Positions 1-11,499 of a DNA stretch of 64,000 nt are shown in pieces. The notes under the pieces are model-generated. The model was not told the DNA's origin, did not search any database, and was given only the letters and a program-made list of their open reading frames with translations. The position numbers and the translations under genes are program-made. The DNA lies in NCBI RefSeq assembly GCF_040938485.1, contig NW_027271701.1:186001-250000 (forward strand), read 5' to 3'. Positions within the stretch are counted from its first letter, which is position 1; the number at the start of each line of letters is the position of its first letter. The stretch is from Diadema antillarum. Taxonomy: Eukaryota.

Positions 1-1894
1 GTTTGGATCTGGCGCTGATGAACTTCATCACCTTTTGCCAAGCTTGCTTCGAGGTAGGCTGATTAAGTCTCGTAAGGTATCCCTGTCCTGGTAGCTCAAT
101 CCTCTCCCAACATTCCTGTAGAACATTCATACCAAGAATCCCTTGGACTGAGTCAGGTTCCCTTCTTTCAGCAGAATCAGCCAGGACCAAGACAACCCTC
201 TCCCGGACTATCTCTCCCAGGACCTTGATATCTGTCTCAAAGCATCCGACGTAGGGGATAGTACTGCCATTAGCAGAGACTAGGGTGAATGGGGAAGGAA
301 TCTCCTTCAACACTATGCCACGCGGTTCAAGGTGTTCCCTGTAGAAACTCTCACAGATCGTTGTAACTTGAGAGCCTGGGTCCAGCAAGCAGGATACTTC
401 AACACCCTCGAATTCGACTTCAACTGCATAACAATCTCCGACTGTCTTGGCCAGGAAGTCAGTATCCACATTCTCAGAACTTGCATCAACACGTGAGGTT
501 CCAGCCCTTATTGGTCCTTCATTCCTCCGATCTGGCTGAGGCCTCTGTTGGTCTTGAGTGACCCTCTGATCTGGACTAGATGCCTGCTGTTCTGGTCTCC
601 CAGATCTGGCATTATACTGGTTCCGTGTAGGGCTTGGTTGATTCACTCCTTCGGAATGAGACCAATGCTGATGCTGTTGCGCCCGCTGATCTTGGAACCT
701 CTGTTGATCAGGTTGAGTAAAACGCTCACCAGTCTGGAACTGTGGTTGGTATTGCTGATATGCGTACTGATTAGGGTAAGGCCCCTGCTGACACCTTTCA
801 GGGCACGCTCGTGCAAAATGTCCATACATCCCACATGCATAACAGGCTCCTCTTGGTTGTCTCATTGGGTAGGCAGGACGAGGACCACCAGTACCAGGGG
901 GAACTGAACGAAGAGGTTGCACAACTTCATGCACTGCTTGCACCAGGTTCTCTCCCATCTTCTTGAGGGCCACCAATATCTCAGACGAAGGGGTTTGGAG
1001 CCCACCCTGTTTGGTCTGTAACGCCGCTTGTCTTGCACTGTCATGACCTGTAATTCGCGACTCCTCCCGTCCGGACCTGCGGATTGCGAACTCTCTCAGG
1101 TCTCGAAACTTGATAGAGCTATCTCACTCGTAACGGTCCCGGCAAGCATTCCGGAGGATCTGGTCATCCAATCCCTCGATGAACTACTCAACAAGAATGA
1201 TGTTCGGCTCTGAATACAGCTTTTCATCTCGGCGACAGAGATTGTTGAACCGTCTCTCCAAATCGATGGCATAGTCTCGTAGAGGCTCTCCCCTTCTCTG
1301 TTTCCTTTGCAGGAATAACCTCTGCAGCTCTCCAAGGTTCTGGGCACCTGAGTAAGAGTCTTGCAAAAACTGGAGGATCTCCTCTGCAGTCTTCTCGTCC
1401 TTAATAAGGGCCTTGACCTCAGCCTTGGGGAGTCCTCGCACAAAATCAAGGAGGTACGAAGTTTTTTCTTCTTCGGAGATGTCGTACCTCGAGAAGGCAG
1501 CTCTGATACTGGTGATGAAGTCGTCCACCTCCGACGCCCTTCCTTCGAACACCGGGATCTTCCGTTCTGGGGCCATTACAAACTTGGAAGACTTTCTCAT
1601 AGACAGCTCCTGGAGTTGCGTTCTCAGGTCTGCTAACTCTTTGCTCGTTGCATCACCGTCTGCGTGACCAGGAACACAAGGGACGTAAACCTTGTCTTTC
1701 CAGCCGCCAACTGGGGGTTGAATTTGCCCTTGCACTGCCATGGCTCGTCTCTTTCTACCATCCTCCTCCGTGAAAACCAGTCCAGTGGCCTGAGGATGAA
1801 CACCTTGTAGAACTTCCAACAACAGGTGTCCCTCACTTTGCAAGGGATATTCAGAGATATCCCCCGGTGCATCTTCAATCTGAATGTAAGACAT
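1..1894 (-). pseudogene. Gag-protease polyprotein with an N-terminal TDP-43-NTD-like domain; two premature stops
   Basis: One frame from ATG 1894: TDP43_N-like domain (1894-1670), capsid-like KIPVFEG...QRKQRRGEPLRDYAIDL, stop TAG 1186-1184 (in ILVE*FIEGL, expected EQFIEGL), stop TGA 1126-1124, zinc knuckle CYACGMYGHFARAC (844-803), Q/P-rich linker, protease LLDPGSQVT (Asp codon 382-380; canonical DTG is DPG here) and GILGMNVL; the frame stays open to position 1. Confidence 0.92.
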
Positions 1895-2960
1895 CTTCAA
1901 CAATATTATAACTTGCTAGTTATACATAAACAACAAAGGTTTAGCCTTCTTTTCAAAGAAAGAAACAATCAAAACGTTTCTTTTCCTTTACAAAAAAGAA
2001 GGGAACACTGATGGGAAAACCTGGCCCACCTCCAATAACTTGCAGTCACAATTGCAACTGAATCATCCCTTGTCAAAAAATGATCTTACAATACTCTCAC
2101 GGGGAATGGTATTAACTGACCATCACAATCAATCAATCCCCCTAAGTATACACACATGCATGGGTACCAGCAATATCACTGTGACATGACAAGAAGTTAT
2201 GAATACCATCACATATAAACATGCAATGACATTGGATATATAACTGTAGCCCTACAATACACCTTCCTCATTCATACATGTACAGTATAGCATGTCATAT
2301 CAATCAGTTACAGACATTTGTGGAACTTGGTTAATGCTATCCACACCTGTCCAATACAGTTTTTCAATCTGTAACAACGCCCTGTCAATCCGTCCTTCGC
2401 GACAATCGTCCGCTCTTTGACGGTGTTGAGTCCATGAAACGCTCTAGTCTTCACCACAACACAATCTCAAAGTTCCATAAGATAGCTGTTACCAAAACGT
2501 AGCCACATCACCGCTAGCAGGATGCTATCAGTCTACGTCATATACCAGCATCAGTCACAGCGCCGAAGAACGGTAGTCCCACTGGTTCAATGTTCCTCTG
2601 CTGCTATTCAATCCCGTCGCTAAATCACTGCAGCACCACAGTCAGCGGTCACCCAAAATGCGGAAAGTTACATCAGTTCCAATTTAATCCCCTTCTCGCT
2701 ATGAAGACATGTCCGCGTGCGTAAAATCAACCCCCTTCCCGGTACAACAACAGTTTGCACCTGCTGTACACGAATGCTACATCTGTCTGGTCTGCTCCCT
2801 CATACGAAGTCAGGTCCACGAAGACATCCAACATCCATCCTGCTACAGCAACAGACTCATGGCGCCAACCACAAGACATAAGGCGCGTCCAACTCTCTCA
2901 GTTCCTACTGTAGCACACCGCCATCGATATCCTACACGGACGGGTATGCAATGATCCGTC

Positions 2961-2982
2961 TCGAATCCCATCCTCGTCGCCA
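2961..2982 (-). other. Primer-binding site complementary to the 3' end of tRNA-Ser(GCU)
   Basis: Plus strand TCGAATCCCATCCTCGTCGCCA matches the last 22 nt (with CCA) of metazoan tRNA-Ser(GCU) as I recall it; lies 7 nt inside the LTR end at 2990. Confidence 0.85.
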
Positions 2983-2989
2983 AAAATAG

Positions 2990-3282
2990 CTGTAGTGGGG
3001 GAGATGGTGGTGTCCTCTCGGGGGATTATTGCGGGGTGTGGGTGTATGTGTGTTGAACTGGATGATTTACTAGAAGTGTGATGGGGTGCTAGGTGTGTGA
3101 GTACGCCCTACTGGTTCTGTTGCGGGGTTCTTATGGCAATCCAGTGGGTAAGGGGCGAACACGAGGCACCATGAAAGATGACCGAGTGGGAGACGGATCT
3201 GTATAAAATAATGGGAGAGGTCCCCAACAAAATTGACAGAGGCCCTCTATAGTCCAATGACAGCATATTGTGATCCATCACA
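2990..3282 (-). repeat. Putative 5' LTR (~293 bp)
   Basis: Minus strand begins TGTGATG at 3282 and ends CCCCCACTACA at 2990 just before the PBS. The partner LTR is outside the window, so the outer boundary is unconfirmed. Confidence 0.6.
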
Positions 3283-3311
3283 TTAAGATCTTGCTTCAGA
3301 CTGTTGGATGT

Positions 3312-3316
<5 letters not shown>

Positions 3317-3351
<35 letters not shown>

Positions 3352-3400
3352 AAAGAGAGGGGAGAGAGACAGAAAGAGGTAGATAAGGGGAGAGAGATAA
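3317..3400. repeat. (GA)n microsatellite and purine-rich tract
   Basis: Pure GA run ~3317-3348, then degenerate GA-rich sequence. Confidence 0.95.
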
Positions 3401-4096
3401 ATTAGATAATGTACACGATCTTGCAATTAGTTTGGGTTTGGTAATGAGAGTCCGCACTCTAGGCGTATTTTTGAATGCTTCAAGAGGACTCATTTTCATT
3501 CTTTAAAGCTATAAACAGGAGTCTGAACTGCATACCACCCGTAATAATTACCGGGTACATATTGCACTTGCGGTTCAAAGTGCGACGGTTGAATTTGTTT
3601 GCCGATCATTAAGCGCAATGCAGCTAAGACTTTACGCTAATGCTCTAAAATGGACTGCGATGGACTTTATCTACACGTCAAGCAGCATAAACATACATCG
3701 ACATCGTTCCATGCCTACGAATGACAAGATTGCTACCGTTTAGAGAGAGCTCTGGAAATTTGACTGCAGCAACCCTTGACCATTAAAACAGTTTGGCTTT
3801 GTATATATGTTTTAGATCAAGTATACCTTGGTATCAGATATAGTCAATGACTATAGATGCATAGAAGTGATATAGAAGCATTCAATGTCCGTTAAGGTGT
3901 GAATGAGACTGGCACATCCTCCAATCATGGCCGCAGCAAACTCGACCACAGACCTTGAAGGACGGCACTTGTTATTCCTTCGTCATGAGATTTTATTTTG
4001 AAGACGCTGCCTAACTTCTGGACGCAATACTCACAGAAATCATATCTGGGATTCCCCTTATTTTTTCGGCAGTAAAGTAACGTACAAGGTACCAAC

Positions 4097-5310
4097 ATGG
4101 TCAATAAATGCAAAGAGTGCTGCACCCTATCTCTGAGGGATTTCGGCTTGTCCTCGACCAACTTTGAAGACTTGACACGAGACCAGGTAATAATGATACA
4201 TTGATTAACATTTTGCGATTGTTGCCCACTCGGCCGCGTTTTATCGAGAAAATTAGCATGCCTTACACATAATACATTTACGCATTGGCCATAGGCGGGA
4301 CTGATATGCCAACTGCTGATTACCTTGTCGTTTCCATGGCTACTGCAATTATCATGATATTGCATTGTTGTCAACCATATTGGACTTGGGGAAAATGGCG
4401 CACTGAACGTGTTGTGTACGATTCATGGAAATACGGATAGGGAATGTGTATACGTATAATAATACCGGTATCCTATACTGACATAAATAGATAAACAAAG
4501 AAATGCACAGACGTCACACAAGATACACACCTACAAACACTTCCATACACAAAAACACATACAGATGCACACACTGACCTCGTAATTTTGACATTTATAC
4601 TCGGATATCTACCTATTCTGTACATTACCATTGTATATCTGTTTAGTCAACAAACATATCAAAGTTCTTTGTATGGGTGTTATCTCGTGCTTTTTGATTT
4701 GTAAACTGGTCTCATGATTGTGGGCACATCTCGACCCAACATATCTTAAACCAAATAAAAATCATTTTGTCGCTTTGTCAGTGGGCCCTTCACTGGATAG
4801 TCCTCCTCATCTACCGGATAGTGGTTACCGGATATTTCTTCGGATACGAGCTGTACCTATGGATCAAGGTGCTTGACATTAAGTTCTACATTTACATGAC
4901 CGACTGGACATATACGGTCTTCGTCATCTACCATGTCTTAGCGCTGACAAATTTGGTGGCAGACATCATCCTTAAAAGATATCTCGTGACGCGAGAGGCA
5001 ACGAGTGGTAAATCTTAAACCCTTCCTATAAATATTGTTTCCCTGCATCCATCGTGTATGATATTATATCCCACAACCTTTAATCTGCACCAAATTACCA
5101 ACGCATCATGCGTCCTCTTCTTTGCCTTCTTCCGAAACCCTGAAGAAGACTTGTGATGCGTCCTAAAATTTGGTGCAACGATTAAATATTGTTGGACGGT
5201 AATACCGTATTATTCTCTTCGTTTCATCGTGCAAAGCGAAGCCAACATGAAGACCAATTCACATTATACATGCATAATGTATATTCACTATATATTCTCA
5301 CTTGTGTCAC

Positions 5311-5343
<33 letters not shown>

Positions 5344-7443
5344 TGATTTATTCTTACTCAACATCCTGCAGTCCTAGGCTATATTCAAGTTTGACGGGTA
5401 GATATGTTGCACGCTCTTTATGAGGGCGTTGCTGTTAAGCTCCGATTTTAGCTAAGTCACATGTCTCAACTTCATCACCGTTATTATCTAATTTTGTATC
5501 ATATAAAATTGGTTACTACACATTGTAGCTTGTCTTATCTGAACTCACATAGTTATCCTCATCTGTGAATTGAAAGTTGCTATTCTATCATCTCTTGATC
5601 TTTCAATTTCATTTTTGTTTGTTTGATGTTTTAAGATGTGCACGTCGGTAAAATGTATTGTTCAGCGTGTAGGCATTCTCTCATTCTCTCTTTTTCTTTC
5701 TTTCCTTCCATACTTTTCATCTATTCTGGCAAGTTGTGTCATGTTGTTGTGTTTCTTCTGTTTTGTCCCGTCCTGTCGTATATCATATTTGTCACAAGTG
5801 TTTGTAAATAAGTAATTCATAAGTTTTATGAGTGGTTCACAATCTACAAGCTTTGCTTTTTGGTGGACCTCCCTATTCTTTCTTCCTTTTTTTCAACTGA
5901 AGCATGACTTTGTATTTTTTTGCCAGTATGCGCTCTTATGTTTATCGATATCATTTATTTATTGCAAAGGCAAATGGTTTTGTTTATGATGTAATACCTG
6001 ATTTATCTTGTGTTATGTTTTTGTTGAAAGAAGAAAAGAAGAATGAAAATAAATGAATTGAATTGAATTGAATAGAATTTGAAAGTTTGAAAGGAAAAAC
6101 GTAATAACAATCTGATAGAATTTTACGTAGCATCACAATTCGTTCTTGAACAGTCTAAGTGTAAACAGTAAGTCGCTACATGGATACACAGCGTATACCT
6201 GGCCACTTTAACACTTTAGTATGATTGTGGCACACACTGTTTTGGAGAACGATCTTATAGTTTCCCCAAGAAATCATTTCTTGTCTTGGAGAAGATCAAA
6301 TCTTATCCAGTAGACATCAAAATGGTAAGCATGGTAAGTTCGCGGTAACCAAATATCATAGAAGTCTGGCAGGGGAATAGCAGAATATAAACATTTTTGT
6401 GGGCTATATCTATATCTACATCTATCTTAGTCTATATCTATATCTCTCCGTTTATACATAAATTTGTTCTTTCACATGGAGATATCTCTATGTGAATCTA
6501 TTTCATTATTATTTTTGTAAATCTATATCTATACATCTGTTTTAATTTATTTTTTTTATCCACTTATCAATATTAGGATTTTCGTCGAGGGACCCGCACA
6601 ATACAAGCACTGCTTTTTTAAGTGGGTCCCTCCATTGTTTGCTGAACATATTTGAACAAACTTTTTTTTTAAAAGTGCAAACATTTATTTCAAAAAAATT
6701 ATATTTACAAAATGACGTCATTGTATTGTCATATCATCTGCATGCCAACCTTGTTACTTTGTGTTATGTCGGAAAATAAAATAGATTTTGAATTCGATGT
6801 GATTTGATATACTAACATAATCAAAGTACGCTATTTCAGACAGAAAGAAAGAAAAGAAAGAAAATTGAACCCCCAAACGAAAAAAAAAAGTATATCGTAT
6901 TGAATAAAATGAAATGCAAATCATGGTTTTCAATTCTCTGTTGTTCCTTCAGTGTTTCGGGTGCGGTACATGGTCCAGTGGCTCCTGTATAATGTGGTAC
7001 AGACATGGACGATGTTAGTACTCGTAGTATTTTGGGGCGCCCTCTTCAATCCAGCTTATGTCGACTGGTTATTCGACCTCACGTGTCACCTCTTTCCTGG
7101 AGTCTTCAGCCTCATCGAGCTCGGTCTCGTCGCCACGCCCTGCCGTGTGGCGCAGGTAGTGTATCCCGCTACCTACGGCATCATCTACCTCACCTTCACG
7201 CTCATCTACTGGGCCACAGGGCATCCGCCCATCTATCCAATTCTTGACTATAGCGGCAACCCCGGGGTGGCGGCCGGGTCCATTGCCGGCATGGCGGCAT
7301 TTATCTTCATATACCACATGCTCATCGTCTGGGGGTTGACGAAACTCAGGGTTCGGGTAGCAAGGAGGTTCAACCGCTTCCCCCGAAACTCAGAAAGACG
7401 TACGGATATCCTGCAGACAGAATTGATCGACATTGTTTTATGA
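4097..7443 (+). CDS. Rolling stone-like / FAR-17a-AIG1 family multipass membrane protein, 268 aa, 3 exons
   Basis: Exons 4097-4186, 4782-5007, 6953-7443; GT/AG, phases 0 and 1, 807 nt. Motifs DFGL...DQ|W, IYMTDWTY, WLLYN, CHLFPG...LIEL, IYPILDY. AATAAA at 7728. Confidence 0.85.
5130..5190 (+). mobile_element. Degenerate Penelope-like element tail with broken hammerhead-like core
   Basis: CTGAAGA-A-GAC...GTC-(CT)AAAATTT-GGT at 5140-5174 followed by ATTAAA; the GAAA core is mutated. Confidence 0.4.
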
Positions 7444-7740
7444 AGAGTTATATACTGTAGTTATGTCATCAGTACTTTGTGTCCTATCTCCATTGCAAAG
7501 CGTATTCACATTGGTATTTGTCCCTGGAATCCGCGGTTACAAGCTTTGCTTTTGCGGTTCCTTCATGTTTCACATCTTACCGAGAATAGTCTTTTATGTA
7601 GGTACGCTGACAACCTTTCTTGTCATAATCCACTGTAGGGCCTACATTATATTTTGTAGTTTTCTTGTTTGTATTCTGTTTTGCTTATAGATTTTATGTC
7701 TAACATTAATGTCAAGTGAAATACAAAAATAAACGTCCTG
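5830..7740 (+). repeat. Three dispersed LINE 3'-tail-like remnants (~5830-5875, ~6585-6632, ~7520-7565)
   Basis: Shared motif TACAAGC(N)GCTTTT(T) closed by a short stem (e.g. GAGGGACCC...GGGTCCCTC), each with an AATAAA or AAATAA tract downstream; resembles CR1/L2-group 3' ends. Confidence 0.4.
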
Positions 7741-10235
7741 GAACTGTTCACTGTTTCTCGAATGTAAGACCAGTGCAGTTTCAATCATTCAACCAAATTC
7801 AAAAAGAGCAATACAAAGCGTCACACACCTAATTCGACCAATCAATTTGTTTATATGTTCCTTAATAATGCATCGAGTGGGCTTAGTTTCCCAGGGCTAG
7901 TTTGCCCCGGGTTTTATGTCATTTTTCAAAACCCGTTCTGTACCAGAGACTTTGGACAAAAGTGTTCAAGGCTATGACATTTTCTGGACCAATCGAAGCA
8001 CACGAGGAGTTAATAAGCGTCGGATGTGATTCGTGTTATTCGTTAAGGGATGACCAATGGTGTAGCTTACACATAATGTAGAGAGTCAAACAGATGTTCG
8101 AACATAAAATCTCTTTCACAAGACCTATGCGTGTGTTTTGAATCAAATAAATCAGTGACTTGATATCGGCAGTGCCGTTATTAATTATCGTCATGAACTT
8201 GAAGTAGCTATTGGACAACAAGAATAAACAAAGCATACACAGACACATTTTCTTCGTTCCTGTTAATAAACGAAAATCTGTCATGGCAGTGCTGTAGAAT
8301 CGGCTTTCACATTTCAGACTTGTGATGTAAACCTTGGTTTTAACTTGTATGGAAAATAACAATATCTGAGATTTTGCCACTCTGCTTCAATTTTCTATAG
8401 TATGTCCCTCCCCCTCCCCCCCCAAAAAAAAAATGACAATCAGATTTTTGCAATGAAAACATCCATATGATTAAATTGTCTAAATGCTACTTCAGGGTCT
8501 TAGAATATAACATTTTAGCTCTATTTTGCAGAAAACCCCATTCGATTTGGTGAAGCTGTCACAGAAAAATATTGATTGTTGTCAAACATGTCATGAGTTT
8601 GATTCTTCCAAGTTTAGCACTTCGATGATCTTGTGTGTGAATATACACAGTAGTAGACAGAACTTGGAGGGAAGAGATTCCTGACATCCTCTACAAAATT
8701 CCTCATTTCTCTTTGACCACTGAAGTAAATCGAATGGGATTTTCTGTAAGATGTGGGTAATGAGTTTAAGTTTCATACCTTGAATTTGTATTTAGATTGA
8801 TTCGATATTTTTAAAAATATCATTGCGGAGGGTCCCGTTGTATTTTTCGGGAGACACACGTTATAGCGTACGTGCCTCCACTAATATACTGTAAAAAAGT
8901 AAATGAAAAAAAAAATACCCCCGAAACAAAACCATCCAAATTAAACAAGAGGCAAGTTATGTGTACAGTGAACAACAGCTACGTTTATGTTGCCCTCTAC
9001 ATGTAGGTATATGTGTATCATATATCCTTTTTTTTCAGAGAACAAGAGAGAGAGGTCGCGCCTTAAATGAACATTTCTTGCTTAGAGTGTGATATGACAT
9101 ATATACATGACATAAGGTAGATGAAATCTGCCTTGCAGACAGATATTACTTTTTGCTCAGTATCTTTGCTGCCTATACCTCATTATAATGATCAGATAGT
9201 CTCATGCATTCCTTCGAAAGAAAGATTAAAGATGCAGAGTGTACATTTCGGTGTGAACGGTACTTCGTATTTGATGCGACCCGAGACAACGTGACAAGAT
9301 TATATTCATTCAAATTAGGGATTTTTGCATCGAGTTGTTGTTATTCTTATTGCAAATGATTGACAGAATTCCCTTCGTCGACGTAAATGGGCACCAATTA
9401 TTCAGTGTTTGGAGTTATAACGTAGATAAAAGAGTCATGGGCACATACTCGAGGTATATGTACGACCTCCTGATTGCTAGACAGACGTTATACTTACTAG
9501 ACTGTAATAAGGACTTAAAAGTATTTGAATGAAGTGATTAATTGATATAAACGAATAATGTATAGATATGCAGTACCCGCTGCTACGTGGGATATGAGAA
9601 CTATCACTGGCGATAAGGCAGACGGTCGGTCAGTGTCGGCAGTTAAGGTGCATGTAACGCCTGTCTAGCAATCGAGAGGTCATGGATTCTAACCCCACCC
9701 TATGTGTGCCCATAATTGGTTCTCAATCATGGCTATTGCTCTAAGCACTGAATGATCGTGCTTACGTCAATGGAGAGCACTGTCTTAATCAGTCAGTCAT
9801 TTTTTTTTATTCTGTATTCGAATTTCGTTCAATGCAACAAAATTCACACTCAAAAATACAAAACAAAACATTTTATAAAGACAAAATGCATTATACACAA
9901 ACATTATACAGAGATGTCAATCTTACATCATGACTCATATGACCAAAAACGAAATCCGTTTTTTTTTAAAAATATATACACATATATTCTAGCAAGGTGC
10001 CCGCAAACGGGAACACGATAATTTGCTCGAGGCTTTTGGGCGCATTTCACCATTTGTTTCTTGGAATATGAATATGTTTTTTACTTTTTTCTCTTCTTTT
10101 TTACCTTCTTTATTTCTTCTTTCTGAAAACCAACCAATCAAAAACCGACAGATATCAGAAAATAATATTCAAAATCTAAATTTAGTTTAACAAAAAACAA
10201 AAAATAAAGCCAGGCTTCATTAAGTTACAATCACA

Positions 10236-10237
<2 letters not shown>

Positions 10238-10270
<33 letters not shown>
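10238..10270. repeat. (CA)n microsatellite
   Basis: Uninterrupted CA run. Confidence 0.95.
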
Positions 10271-10273
<3 letters not shown>

Positions 10274-11304
10274 AATTATCTAAACGTATTAAAATACGTA
10301 AGCGTTGTGAAATATAGTTTTTCACTCAGTCATACCATGGCCGACTTCAGTATCCCCTCCATAATCTCACTGAATAAAATCAATTGGTATTTCAATTCAC
10401 AAATGTTTGAGTACTAAGCCATACTTATGCAATTAAGTGTTTATTAGTGATTGATACACACTAGAGGAAAAGCAAACAAGAGCTTGTGTAACGTTACGTT
10501 TTGTAAACAAGATATGATTTATCAGATCAAATCACACAGGACCATGTTTGCTCTGGCTGCCACTTAGATCATAATTTGTTTAAAAAAGATAACGTTCGGT
10601 CCAAACAGAAGGACGATTGTATAATGGATCTCTCTGAGGTGGAAGTCAGCTACTTGACCTTCAAAGATTTAGCAAGTTTTGCTAGTTTTACATACTTGTG
10701 TGTTTTTTTTTTTATACAGGTTGATTGCCTGCGTGAATGATTTATCCCAGCATAACTCATTAGAGCCCCTATACCAAGCCTGCATTGATCCATCCAGCTC
10801 AAGAATATTTAGTGTTGTTGGCCACGTGTACGCTGATGCATAATAAGCCATTTCAGGGTTCCACTTTGACCATTAACAGAAAAAGGTCGTTTGTACCAGC
10901 AGAGCATGTTGGTTTTTAAATGCAAGAGATGAGCATCTATCTGATGTAATCAGTAATCCTTAGAAGTGGTGCTTGCCATCACATCCACCTGACAGCAAAA
11001 ACAAAATCTGGCAATATCGATAGAAAATGATTGTTAATACATTGTACATTCAATGCAAATTAATGAATGCTTTCCAAAGTGCAAAATGATGGATAATTCT
11101 GGTCACGTCTGCGCAAGTTAATCCTTTGTTTGAACATGACTGATGATTTCCATAAATTGTCACATCGGGCAAGCTAATGCATTCTGTTGCTTGCAAACTG
11201 ATGGAGTTTGCAAGTCATTTGTACCCATGTGCACTTATGGTAGAATATGACACCTCCTCTTGCCTCCTCGATCATTCTAACATATGACTTGTGAAGTGAC
11301 TTTA

Positions 11305-11306
<2 letters not shown>

Positions 11307-11341
<35 letters not shown>
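11307..11341. repeat. (TG)n microsatellite
   Basis: Uninterrupted TG run. Confidence 0.95.
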
Positions 11342-11342
<1 letters not shown>

Positions 11343-11499
11343 TAGACATCTGTGAATTATTTCTATGCAGTCTACAAATCTCAGTATCGATACACACTTT
11401 GCTTGTTTTGCTTTGTTTCGGTTAATGCACAAGACGTACAATATCAATGAGGCACCAATTGTAGCAAACGAGTAAATACATAATTATGGTAATATACAT

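Larger units (their letters stand above)
1..3282 (-). mobile_element. Ty3/Gypsy LTR retrotransposon, 5' half (LTR, PBS, ~1.07-kb leader, gag-protease); continues off the left edge of the window
   Basis: Minus strand order: putative LTR (TGTGATG...CACTACA), tRNA-Ser PBS, ATG at 1894, capsid-like region, CCHC knuckle, aspartic protease, all in one frame. Confidence 0.92.

Noticed and set aside
1124-1186. Programmed readthrough or selenocysteine at the two in-frame stops in gag
   Set aside because: Both lie inside the capsid region, not at the gag-pol boundary; each is one C>T change from a sense codon, and the protease site is also mutated.
548-1667. Plus-strand and alternate-frame ORFs over the Gypsy gag
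   Set aside because: Shadow ORFs of the minus-strand gag-pro frame with no recognisable motifs.
3030-3100. TG-rich tract in the LTR as a TDP-43 (UG)n binding site
   Set aside because: TG-rich only on the plus strand; the element's sense RNA would be CA-rich, and the captured domain is not the RNA-binding part.
9625-9700. Possible tRNA gene or SINE head
   Set aside because: A and B boxes are too degenerate and no cloverleaf forms; at most an old SINE relic.
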